Positions 50,401 through 62,278 of a stretch of DNA of 64,000 bases are shown in pieces. The translations under genes and the position numbers were made by a program. Position 1 is the stretch's first letter; the number at the start of each line of letters is the position of its first letter. The notes under the pieces were generated by a model. That model saw nothing but the letters and a program-made list of their open reading frames with translations. It had not been told where the DNA came from and searched no databases. The stretch covers positions 13,330,001 to 13,394,000 of the forward strand of contig OX597819.1 of the NCBI GenBank assembly GCA_951406725.2, in the 5' to 3' direction. Source of the DNA: Octopus vulgaris (lineage: Eukaryota).

Positions 50401-53140
50401 ATTAGATTAGTGAATAGAGCAACAGCCTTTGCTTATAACTTCATCTAATCCTCATGACCATAATTCATTGACTATCATCACCATCATCATTGTGTTTAGA
50501 AATCATACCAATAAAACCTCTTAGAAAATCTGAAAATGTTCCGATAAAATTTATAAAGTAATTTTTTTAATTCTGTTGTGTCTGGAGAGAGTCATTTTTT
50601 AAATTCATATTACATTTATGTCTTTACCATCTCTTTGTTTCTTCCCTTCTTTCTACTTTTTACTCTTGCTGTCTCAGAGCCATGTTAAACTGGCTGTTGA
50701 CATCAGAGTGAGGCTGATTGAGTCAATTAAGCTCTTTCCCCTGAGTCCAATAAATGTTAGAGGAAGTATTTTTTATTGACTGGATTACAATCCTAAAACT
50801 TCAGTCACAGTAAAACAAACAAACCAAAGTAGAGAAAGAAAGAAGAAAAAAAAAAAACACTAAGCAAATTTTTTATGTGAATGCTAAAACCTCTCTTTAA
50901 ATGTTTTATTATTCTGCTTTCTAATAATGAGGATAACGAGAAAGGACATTTACTGTTGTAGTTTAAGTCTGTCTGCTTTGATTAAGCAGATTCGACTAAG
51001 ATCAAAAAGTGTCCCAGCTGTTTCCATCTGGTCTTTTTCTTTTAACAAACATAATATAACCCTAAATACATTGCACAATGTGTTCTTTTAAACCTGTTCT
51101 TGGCCTAGATGTTTATTGCTAGTGATATAAGTAGTTTTCCTGCTAATAATTATGTTGTTGACTACATTTAAGTAGGATTTCTGTTACTTCCAGCGAATTG
51201 AGTGGCTGAGCAAATGCTCCCTTATTCTGTCTCAGCTTTTACAAAAGCTGTTATCAAATGGTTGCTTCCCCTTAAAATTGTGGTCATTAGCTAAACTTGT
51301 GGTTTAGGACTCGAGTTGGCCTTGTGTTCTTTTTTAAGGTAACCTTGTAATATTACAAGAAAGCCAATTCTGAAGAATGTTTTTCTACATTGGCCATAGT
51401 ACATCATTCAAACCTTCGCAGATGAAAATGTTTGTAGTCATCTGTGGTTAATCATTTGTGGAACTACTTCTGAGGTGCTATTCCTACTGTTGTTTGTAAT
51501 GGTTCCTATTTGATTGGATATATTGTCATATTGTTAGACTGGGTCAGTGTTGATAACAAACCTTTTTTTAGGGGACACACATCATGTTGCTCACAAGCCA
51601 CAAACTTTTGTTTGTTCGGATAAGTATTTGTACTTCTGTCAAATGTTTTGGTGGGCCACATGGGGGCAGAGCGGTTGAGTTCCTTTCGAGTGTTGGGCCT
51701 CAAGGAGGCAAAGTGGATCAGTTCCTTTCGAGCATTGGGCCTCACGGAGGCAGTGACCGAAACCTTTAGCATTATGTCATGCTTGAAACGAAGACCTATC
51801 AAGTTGAGCAAAATCACAGTCATGGCAGATAATGGCACCTGTGCTGGTGGCATGTAAAAACACTCATAACACTCTCTGAGTGGTTGGCATTAGGAAGGGC
51901 ATCCAGCTGTAGAAAAACCATCTCAAATCAGACTGGATCCTGATGCAACCTTCCAGCTTTCCAGCCCTGATCAGATCATTCAACTCATGCCAGCATAGAT
52001 AACAGACGTTAAATAATGATGATGATGAAGTCAAGGTATGGCCTTGAGGATTAGTAGTCTCAGGTTCAACCCTACTGCATAGCACGTTGAGCAGAGGTCT
52101 TCTACTACAGTCTTGTGCTGACCAAAGCTTTGTAAGTGGGTTTGGTTGCCAGAAACTGAAAGAAGCCCATCGTGTGTGTGTGTGCATGTGTGTAAGTTCG
52201 TATTTGCTTGTTTTATGGATTATCAATATTAAAATTGCAAATGTAGAAATTAAACAAGGTGCAAGAGTAGCTGTGTGGCCACTGCATGGCACCTTGGGCA
52301 AGTGTCTTCTACTATAGCATTGGACCAGCCAAAGCCTCATGAGTGGATTTGGAAAATGTAAACTGAAAAAAGCCTGTCGTGTGTGTGTGTGTATATATAT
52401 AGGTGCGTGTGTATTTGAGTCTCTGTGCTTGCCTCCCCCCATCATTGCTTGACAACCGATGTTGGTGTGTTTACCTCTCTGTAACTTTGCAGTTTAGCAA
52501 AAGAGACTGATAGAATAAGTACTAGGCTTGCAAAGAATAAATGCTGGGATTGATTTGTTCGGCTAAAGGTGGTGCTCCAGCATGGCTGCAGTCAAATGAC
52601 TGAAACAAGTAAAAGAATAATAATTCCTGGGAAAGGTATTTGCTCCTAATTAGTTTATCATTTTGTTTTGTCATGGATCTTCTAGGAAACTTTTGTGGAA
52701 CTGTAGGGTTCTGGCGAACCTTGGTTGGAAAACACTATTCCTTCCTCTAATGTTAACACTAACTTTTATAAATATCTTAAAGATGTATCTTGAAACTAAT
52801 TCAGCTGCACGTATCAAACTGGTTTAAGATAACTATATCTAGATTAAATGTAAATATATGCCTGCGCCGCCTTGACTGGCTTCCGTGCCAGTGGCACGTA
52901 AAATGCACCAATTCGATCATGGCCGTTGCCAGCCTCACCTGGCATCTGTGCAGGTGGCACATAAAAAGCACCCACTACACTCACGGAGTGGTTGGCGTTA
53001 GGAAGGGCATCCAGCTGTGGAAATGCTGCCAGATCAGACTGGAGCCTGGTGCAGCCTCCTGGCTTCCCAGATCCCCGGTCGAACCATCCAACCCATGCTA
53101 GCATGGAGAACGGACGTTAAACGATGATGATGATGATTAA

Positions 53141-53515
53141 TAGTTATCGCCAAGCTAACATGGCAGTCCAGAAAAAAGGACGAATGCTGCCGTTGATTAG
53201 CTCCAAGAGGCCATTGCCTCTAGCTAGCTATGTGACACACAAACCTGTGTCCATTATAACCTTCGAACAGGGGAGGTCAGCAGCTTCCCCTTGCTGGTTC
53301 AACATCCACAGACTAGTTTCAGGGTATTTTGCCCTTTTTCAATGTGGAGTAGCCGAACCCAGCAGGCATTGCTGCTGACGTCCCCTATTCGAAGGTTGTT
53401 ATGGACACAGGTTTGTGTGTCACATAGCTAGCTAGAGGCAATGGCCTCTTGGAACTAACCAACCGCAGGATTTGTCCTATTTTCCTGGACTGTCATGTTA
53501 GCTTGGCAATAACTA
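53141..53515. mobile_element. Fold-back MITE with ~145-bp TIRs (TAG...CTA termini, possibly Academ-type)
   Basis: TTAA|TAGTTATCGCCAAGCTAACATG ... CATGTTAGCTTGGCAATAACTA|TTAA. Confidence 0.8.
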
Positions 53516-53770
53516 TTAATATCCAGTACTGCTGCTGTAGTCTCCTTTAGAGAGCTGCCTTTGGGGTTCTAGGATTCATATGTAACCCAGACAAGCATGT
53601 TACCGATTACACTAAAGCAACGTTCTATCTTCCATCAAATAATCAATAAAAAAATTTGATTACTTTTACAATGCAAATGTAAAAACCATTGAGAAATATG
53701 TAAATAAGTCTTTATTAACAACATTGTATCTTGAAGTAAATCCATCTGTTAATAATATTTTTGTTATATG

Positions 53771-54145
53771 AGGTAGTGAGCTGGCAGAAACGTTAGCACA
53801 CCAGGCAAAATGCTTAGCGGTATTTCGTCTGCCACTACGTTCTGAGTTCAAAATCCACTGAGGTCGACTTTGCCTTTCATCCTTTCGGGGTCGATTAAAT
53901 AAGTACCAGTTATGCACTGGGGTCGATGTAATCGACTTAATCCATTTGTCTGTCCTTGTTCATCCCCTCTGTGTTTAGCCCCTTGTGGGTAGTAAATAAA
54001 TAGGTATTTCATCTGTCCTTATGTTCTGAGTTCAAATTCTGCTGAGGTCGACTTTGCCTTTCATCCTTTCGGGGTTGATTAAATAAGTACCAGTTACGCA
54101 CTGGGGTCGATGTAATCGACTGGCTCCCTCCCCAGTAGAAAAGAA
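53771..54145 (+). mobile_element. SINE family B dimer
   Basis: Same B1+B2 architecture and junction as 6303-6700. Confidence 0.85.
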
Positions 54146-54323
54146 TATTTTTGTTATACATTGCGTTAATATCCCTCCTTGAACCATTGTATTTTCTATC
54201 TTTTAATGTTATCTTCATCAAATTATCCTGTGTTGCAGATATGTTTGAAGTGTGTGCCACATCATCCAGCTGTTGTTGTTGCCGTTCTGCCAATCACGAC
54301 CAAGAGAATAGCTTCTTATTACA

Positions 54324-54479
54324 ATGGACTCTATTTCTCTCTCATCATCAAAGATCTACTCGCCTGTCTTTTCATCAAACGCCGAAATCTCTTGCAATAC
54401 CCGGAACTCCTCCTTACCCAGAGGAAATGTATATGGTGGCATTCCTGTGAATTTATTGCTCAATGTTATTGGGTGGCTG
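54324..54479 (+). CDS. TMEM63: TMEM63/OSCA (CSC1-like) mechanosensitive channel, first coding exon
   Basis: Acceptor TGTTGCAG|54239, in-frame upstream TAG and strong context ACAATGG. It encodes MDSISL...CNTRNSS...YGGIPVNLLLNVIGWL and ends at a GTGAGT donor at 54480 (phase 0). The motif matches the (F/Y)GG(V/I)P..L.L start of TM0 in TMEM63. Confidence 0.88.
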
Positions 54480-54669
54480 GTGAGTCTTTCTTTTTGTATT
54501 TTACCTAAAATTTAGAATATTTTCCTTTACCTTTTAAATATCAACCAGTCCAGGGTGGTGAGCTGCCAGAATCGTTAGCACACTGGATGAAATGCTTAGC
54601 TGTATTTCATCTGCCATTACATTCTGAGTTCAAATTCCGCCGAGGTTGACTTTGCCTTACATCCTTTTG

Positions 54670-54955
54670 GGCTCACTCCAAATGCTATGATGTTGACTGG
54701 ATGTTTGATTTTCATCACTCTTGGTACATGTTTTGGGGACACATCAATCCTCAAATTGACATCCAAACACTCTGAAATGTTGGAGTTCCAAGTATGAATG
54801 CAAAGCAGTACAGTATGTTGTTTCCAAATTTCTGGCAGAATGAACTGCGTCATGGTGCTGTTTTTCTCGCAGACAGTGCCCAGCTGGTCCTACTATACTG
54901 TGTAGTCGACAAAATCAAAAACAATACACATGCGCAAAATGAAAAATATAAAATG
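54670..54955 (-). pseudogene. Internally deleted DD37D-like transposon fragment
   Basis: MTQFILPEIWKQH... fused to VPRVMKIKHPVNIIAFGV, which is homologous to the TKFPATLMVLG motif at 18577. Confidence 0.55.
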
Positions 54956-55296
54956 TTGACAATTCACTCATCACACCGTATATATATATATATATATATA
55001 CATACATACACACACACCCACACACACTTGGAAATGGATGCATCACGTTCAATTAAATATATATCTATAGGCCAGTGCCACCTGACTGGCTACCATGTCA
55101 GTGGCACATAATAAGCACTCACTACACTCTCAGAGTGGTTGGCATTAGGAAGGGCATCCAGCTGTAGAAACCTTGCCAGATCAGATGGGAGCCTGGTGCA
55201 GCTGCTGGTTTTCCAGTCCTCAGTCAAACCATCCAACCCATGCCAGCATGGAAAGCAGATGTTAAGCAATGATGATGATGGTACATACATACACAA

Positions 55297-55527
55297 AGGC
55301 GGCGAGCTGCTGAGTCGTTAGCACGCCAGGCAAAATGCTTAGCGGTATTTCGTCTGCCGCTACGTTCTGGGTTCAAATTCTGCCGAGGTCGACTTTGCCT
55401 TTCATCCTTTTGGGGTCGATTAAATAAGTACCAGTTATGCACTGAGGTCGATATAATCGACTTAATCCGTTTGTCTGTCCTTGTTTGTCCTCTCTGTGTT
55501 TAGCCCCTTGTGGGTAGTAAAGAAAAA
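55297..55527 (+). mobile_element. SINE family B1
   Basis: 17-bp TSD GGTACATACATACACAA (55280, 55528). Confidence 0.9.
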
Positions 55528-56271
55528 GGTACATACATACACAATGGGCTTCTTTCAGTTTCCGCCTACTAAATCCACTCATTGCCATGTGATACATATT
55601 TGTATCACATTACTGTCCACACATATTTGTGTCATCAGATATAATGCTGTTGCCATCATTTATTATTTATTTCAGGCTGTAATGATCATTTACTGTCATT
55701 AGTCTAACATTTCTGACCTTTCCTCTTCAATATCTTCATTGACTTCATTGAGTGATTGATTGATTGTGTGTGTGTGTGTACATGTGCTTGTGATGAATAA
55801 TAAAGATAATCCTTTCTACTTTAGTCACTAGGCCTGAAATTTGATGGGGGAGGGCACTAGTTGATTACATTGACCCCTATATATAACTGGTACTCATTTC
55901 TTTATCACAAAAAGGATAAAAGGGAAATCAGCCTCGGCAAAATTTAAACCCAGGGCTTAAAGGGCCAGAAGAAATGCCACTAAACATTTTATCCAGCATG
56001 GGTAGGATTCTGTTAGCTCGTGACTTTAATAATAATAATAATAATAATAATGATAATCCTTTCTACAGAAGGCACAAGGTTTGAAATTTGGAGAGAGGGA
56101 ATGAGTCAATCACACCGACCCCAGTGTTCAACTGGTACTTAATTTATCGACCCCCGAAAGGATGAAAGGTAAAGTCGACCTCAGTGGAATTTGAACTCAG
56201 AACATAGCAACGGGCAAAATACTGCTAATCATTTTGCCCAGCATTCTAACAACTCTGCCAGCTTGCCACCT

Positions 56272-56305
<34 letters not shown>

Positions 56306-56755
56306 GATGATAGTAATGGCTTCAAATTTTGGCACAAAGCCAGCAATTTCAGACAGGGTGTAAGTCAACTGCATTGACCCCAGTGTCCAACTAGTACCTA
56401 TTTTATTGACCCCAAAAGGATGAAAGGCAAAGTCGGCTCTGAGCAGAATTTGAACTTAGATTGTAATGCTAGACAAAATGCTGCCAAGCAATTTGTCCAG
56501 TCTGTTAACAATTCAACTTTTGAGGTGAAACACTGTAAGCTGTAGAAACCTTGCCAGATCAGATTGGAGCCTGGTGCAGCTGCTGGCTTTCCAGTCCTCA
56601 GTCAAACCATCCAACCCATGCCAGCATGGAAAACGGACATTAAGCGATGATGATGATGGCACATACACACACAATGGGCTTCTTTCAGTTTCTGCCTACC
56701 AAATCCACTCATTGCCATGTGATACATATTTGTAAGACTAATCAACTGTTGTGTA

Positions 56756-56798
<43 letters not shown>

Positions 56799-56899
56799 AG
56801 ATGACTGGGCCTGATGAAGCCTTCCGGCTTCACAGACCCCAGTAGAACCGTCCAACCCATGCTAGCATGGAAAACGGACGCTAAACGATGATGATGATG

Positions 56900-56919
<20 letters not shown>

Positions 56920-56930
<11 letters not shown>

Positions 56931-57357
56931 AGACGGGAGAGGTATGCAGTAATATATATCTGGAAGATCCTGGAAGGAATTGTGCCAAATTTTGGCATCG
57001 AAAGCCTCACCAATGCCAGAACAGGATGACACTGCATAGTGCCAAAGATCCCAGCAATGCCATCGTGCTTCAGGACCACTTACTGCAACAGCCTGGGTTT
57101 CAGGGGCCCAAAGCTTTTTAATATTCTTTCAAAGAGCCTGAGGAACCTGCACAAAGTAGATGTAGGGGTTTTTAAATCAAAGCTGGGCCTCTTCCTGTCG
57201 AGAGTCCCAGATGAACCTACATCACGGCAAGAGGTGCAAATGAGGGTAGCTACATCAAACTCCATTCTTCACCAAGTGCCACATATTAGAGGAGGCTCTC
57301 AGTAATAACAGTGTAGCAAAACGGCGGTGCATCAGCATGACCGCAGCTCTGAGCTGT
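56920..57357 (+). mobile_element. CR1-group LINE 3' fragment
   Basis: RRRERYAVIYIWKILEGIVPN...RGPKLFNIL..SLRNL...FKSKLGLFLSRVPDEP...SNSILHQ, followed by a short 3' UTR. Confidence 0.8.
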
Positions 57358-58255
57358 TTCTGGCCAAATGAACAGGACCAGTAACTGCTAAGTATCTTTG
57401 TTGGGAATGCAGTGAAATAGCCTTCAGTAGATATGAATTATTGATAAAGCCATTGATGAAATATTAGTAAAATATATGATCCGAATTTTCTTTGGTATTT
57501 GTCATGGATCAAGTTGAAGTTACAGTTTTCTGAGCCATGGAAGCATAAAGAGGAAGATGTTTATAACCATGATGATGATGATAATGATGGTAGTGTACGA
57601 ATAGTTGTGGTGTTTGCCATTCTTAAAACTCATGAATGAAACCCACTTGCCATTCTACTTCCAAGAGAACTGCTATTCAGTCACCGGACCTGCTAGAAAT
57701 ATCAGCTAAATTCTTTCAAATCGCACCCTACCATTTTAAAGGAGGCAATAGATAAACAAAAAGATGAGATGGTCATGGCTGGCTGGGTCAACTTTGATCA
57801 TATATCTGTTCAGTTGGGGCTGACTTGGGGCTCAGCAACAAAAACAACAAGGATATGTTTTACTCGTGTCCATGTTGAAAACCAAAATAAACATAAAACC
57901 AACAAAACAAACAAACAAGAGAAACCTAACTGAATCCATTTGACAATATTGTGATTAGATTCCATGAAACATTAATATCTTATCGTAATTGATCTGATGT
58001 AAATTGACCTTTTGTTTATATGTTGATGGAAAGTGCTGGGTCTGTTGTTCACAACTTCTTTCGTATACAACAATGAATTATAACATTATTAACAAACATG
58101 AGAGAATTTATAGCATTTTTATTCTTTCTTTTTATATTTCTTTTATTTTTTTTCCCAGTGATTTTCATTGTTTGAAATTACTTGACCCTTTGATAAAGGG
58201 AAATGATTATTGTGAACAGTTGTTATTGATTCAGTACGATCTCCTTTGTGTGAAG

Positions 58256-58575
58256 TTGTATGGCTCGGTTGTATGACTCGGTGGTTGATTCATCATCGTA
58301 AAATTGTGAGTTCAATTCCCGGTGACATGTTGTGTCCTTGAGCAAGACTCTTTATTTCACGTTGCTCCGGTCCACTCGGCTGGCAAAAATGAGTTACACC
58401 TGTAATTCAAAGGGCCAACCTCGTCACACTCTGTGTCATGCTGAATCTCCATGAGAACTAAGGGGCAATGTGTATCTGTGGAGTACTCAGCCACTTGCAT
58501 GTTAATTTCATGAACAGGCTATTCCATTGATCGGATCAGCTGGAACCCTTGTTCTCATAACCAATGGAGTGCCAG
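58256..58575 (+). mobile_element. SINE family E
   Basis: B-box GAGTTCAATTCC, CORE-like CCTTGAGCAAGAC, and a tail shared with family C. Confidence 0.8.
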
Positions 58576-60135
58576 TTATTTAGTCTGGGCGGATGGAGAG
58601 GGTGGGGTGGACAAAATGATGGATGGTGGGTGAGTGGGAAGTTTGCTTTGCTATTTCGGAATTTCCTGGTTCAATCCCACTGAGTGGCACCTTGGGCAAG
58701 CAACTTTTGCTGTAGTCATACATTGACCCAGACCATCATCATCATTAAAGTCCGTCTTCTCTTCTGGCATGGGTTGGATGATGTAACAGGTTTTGACAAG
58801 CCTGAGGGCTGCATTGGCCTCCAATGTCAGCATTGGCATGGTTTCTGCCCTTCCTAACACCATCCACTTTACAGAGTGTACTGGGCACTTTCCTCATAGC
58901 ACCAGCACTGGTGAGGTTGCCAAATAACTTGCAATACAAGACCTTGACAGAGTTTGGGTGCAGTATTGAGGAAAGGGACTTTATGCCAGGTGTTGAGACG
59001 TTAAAGTATGAAAGAGGGGACAGGACCAGGTGTGTTGACCAGAATAGGTCTTTCATATGGAGACAGATGTGTGGAAACCCATTTAATTACTGGATTGTAC
59101 CAGTAATTAAAAGGGCCAGCATCACATTTAATGTTCTTCACTTTTAAAGACAACAGTAGAGTGTAATGTGAAAGATTTGGCTGTTATCTCTAGCAGTTTA
59201 TATGAGCACATAATGGATTCTCATTGAGTTAAGGGTGCCATAGTGACATAAAAGCAAATCACAAGAGAGCTGAGTGTGTGAGTGAGTTTTAATGACTCAT
59301 TGCATGTGGATGAGGACAGCTGTGTGAAGAAGTGCCGCACCTTAATAGTGGAGGGAACCTGTGGAAGAGGTAGACACAGGAAGACATGGGATGAGGTGGT
59401 GAAGCATGACCTTTGAATGTTGGGCCTCACAGAGGCAATGACAAGTGACTGAGACCTTTGGAAATACGCTGTGCTTGAGAAGACCTGGCAAGCCAAATGA
59501 GATTGTGGCATTGGCCAATGTGAGTGTCACATAATTGGCCTGTTTAAAAATATCCTTCAATTGTCAAGCAATATGCTGTGATTGAGAAGACCTGTTGAGT
59601 CAAGTGAAACCATTGTTATGGCTGATGCCAGTGCCGCCTGACTGGCACCCGTGCCTGTGGCATGTTAAAAGCACCATTCAAGCATGGTTGATGCCAGTGC
59701 TGCTGACTGGCACCTGTGCTGGTGGCATGTGAAAAGCATCTTTCAAGCTTGCTCGATGCCAATGCTGCCTGACAGGCCCCATGCCCGTGGCACATAAAAA
59801 GCACCCACTACACTCTTGGAGTGGTTGGCATTAGGAAGGGCATCTAGCTGTAGAAACTCTGCCAGATCAGATTAGAGCTTGGTGTACACCAGCATCCGTT
59901 GGCAAGCGATGGTGAGACACACACACACACAAATATATATATATTTATATATACACACACACACACACACAACAGGCTTATTTCAGTTTCTGTCTACTAA
60001 ATCCACTCACAAGGCTTTGGTCAGCCTGAGGCTATGGTAGAAGTACCACCAAAATATCTCACAGTGGGACTGAACCCAGAACTATGTGGTTGGGAAGCAA
60101 GCTTCTTATCACAAAGTCACTCCTGCACCTATAGA

Positions 60136-60560
60136 TTACTCTTTTACCTGTTTCAGTCATTTGACTGCGGCCATGCTGGAGCACCGCCTTTAATCGAGCA
60201 ACTCTACCCCGGGACTTATTCTTTTGTAAGCCCAGTACTTGTTCTATCGGTCTCTTTTGCCGAACCGCTAAGTAACGGGGACATAAACACACCAGCATCG
60301 GTTGTCAAGCAATGCTAGGGGACAAACACAGACACACAAACACATACACACATATATGTATATATATATACATATATACAACGGGCTTCTTTCAGTTTCC
60401 GTTTACCAAATCTACTCACAGGGCTTTGGTCCAGTTTCCGTTTACCAAATCTACTCACGTGGCTATAGTAGAAGACACTTGCCCAAGGTGCCACGCAGTG
60501 GGACTGAACCCGGAACCATGTGGTTGGTAGACAAGCTACTTACCACACAGCCACTCCTGT
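60136..60560 (-). mobile_element. SINE family A with small internal duplication
   Basis: CAGTTTCCGTTTACCAAATCTACTCAC occurs twice. Confidence 0.88.
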
Positions 60561-60860
60561 GTAAACATTTAAAATAATCTGTGTTGTAGAATTATAACCT
60601 ATTTATTGCACATAAATTTTAACATCAAAATCTTATATAGACCACCCCCTCCCCCACCAAGGGCCATATGGACCCCATTTGAGAACCACTACCGTAGAGG
60701 TTCCTCTTGCTAAAATAGAACAGCTCAGTTTTCCATTTACCATATAAATTGCAAATTGTGATTACAAGAATTGCTTTTTGATTTCCCTAAAGACTGTGGA
60801 ATTTTTAATGAAATTTTAATGGAATTTTAATGGAATTTATATTTGCTTCTTTATTCACAG

Positions 60861-60943
60861 ATTCTCCTTTTACTTTTCTCACTTCTGCGAAGATTGGCCT
60901 GGGACTATGGCAGAATTGCACTGGTTAGTCGCAATGAAGACAA
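60861..60943 (+). CDS. TMEM63: TMEM63 second coding exon
   Basis: Acceptor TTCTTTATTCACAG| and donor |GTATGT at 60944. In phase 0 it reads ILLLLFSLLRRLAWDYGRIALVSRNED, matching the TMEM63 signature LFSILRKVAWDYGRLALV recalled from vertebrate TMEM63B. Confidence 0.93.
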
Positions 60944-62278
60944 GTATGTGCAAATATTTCTTTAAACTTGACACATTTTCTTTTCTCTTTTTTTCTTTTT
61001 TAAGTTTTAAACTCAGTGTAAAAATTATGTCTAGTTGCAAGTCGGGGTCCTGAAAATTGGTAAAGGAATAACTATTGGGTTAAGAACTTCACTTCAATTC
61101 CACCCTGCAGCATCTTGGGTTAGTGTCTTCTGCCAGAGGCTTGTGTTGACCAAAGTCTTGTAAAGAAACTGAGTAAATGGAAACTGTATGGAATCCTGGT
61201 GATTAACTTTGCTGTGACTGAACAGACCGCTTTCTCATAAGGAATATTCCAGTTGTGGCGATTCCATCTTTGTTCTAGTGTAGTGTGTCTGGGACTATAC
61301 TATCCTATGACTCCTTCCTTTATCAAGAAGGTTGGGTGTAGAGAACTTGGCTGGTATTTTTAGTAATTTAAAGGGTTGTATAGAGGCTCCCTTGTTAGCT
61401 TGACATTAATAAGTGATTTGATAGTTTGCAATGTTAAGATCACCTCTTTGAGGATATAGTCTGGAGAGGTGTGGTTTCTGGTTCCTATAAAACCGATTGT
61501 ACAAATTACCCTACATTCCTCTCTCTACATTCTGAATTCAAATGAAATTCAGGTCCATTTTGCCTTCCATCCTGTCAAAGTTGGTAAAATATGTAGCTGC
61601 TTGATAAAAATAATAGTGCAGGAGGGTAGGGAGTCAAAGAAATTGACTGTACTTAGGATATTTGTGCTGCAGCATGGCCACAGTCAGATGACTGACACTT
61701 GTTAAAATATGTAAAAGGATGGTCTTTGATTCCGTTTATGACTGAGTGAGGTTGTAGTAGAAAGAGGGAAGGTGGCTTGATGCAGGGTGTTGAGAGGTAC
61801 AAGTACGCATGTGTTGCTATAGCGATACAAGGCTACTCTGTATTATATAATGGTGGGTGGGAGTAGTTGGAAAGAAGAAAAAGAGGGTGGTGATAGGGTG
61901 CCAGAACATACTCTCAGGGTGCAAGAAGGTTAGTCATGAAAGAGAATGTAGAGAGTGGATCAAGATTGGAGGAAAGTGTGGGTTATAAGAATGTGACGGG
62001 AGAGTAATAGATGGTTATAGATGGGGTAGAAGTGAATGTAGGGAGTGATCAATAAGAGTGGACGATGTGTGGTTGATGCAAGATATCAGTATTGAAGGAT
62101 GTGGGTAAGGTGAGAGAGAGAGAGAGGGAAGTGGCTCAGAACTCACTTGGTCAGAATGTAGGGGGCTAATGAACAAAATGTAAGAATGAGGAAGAGATGT
62201 AGAGTGACAGAAATAAAGGTCAGAGATACTTAAGGGTGGTGGATGAAATGTGGGGAATGCTTAAGGGTCAGATTGGGT

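Noticed and set aside
14037-52620. Strand bias of SINE A copies (mostly + here, mostly - before 13 kb)
   Set aside because: Too few copies to distinguish from chance.
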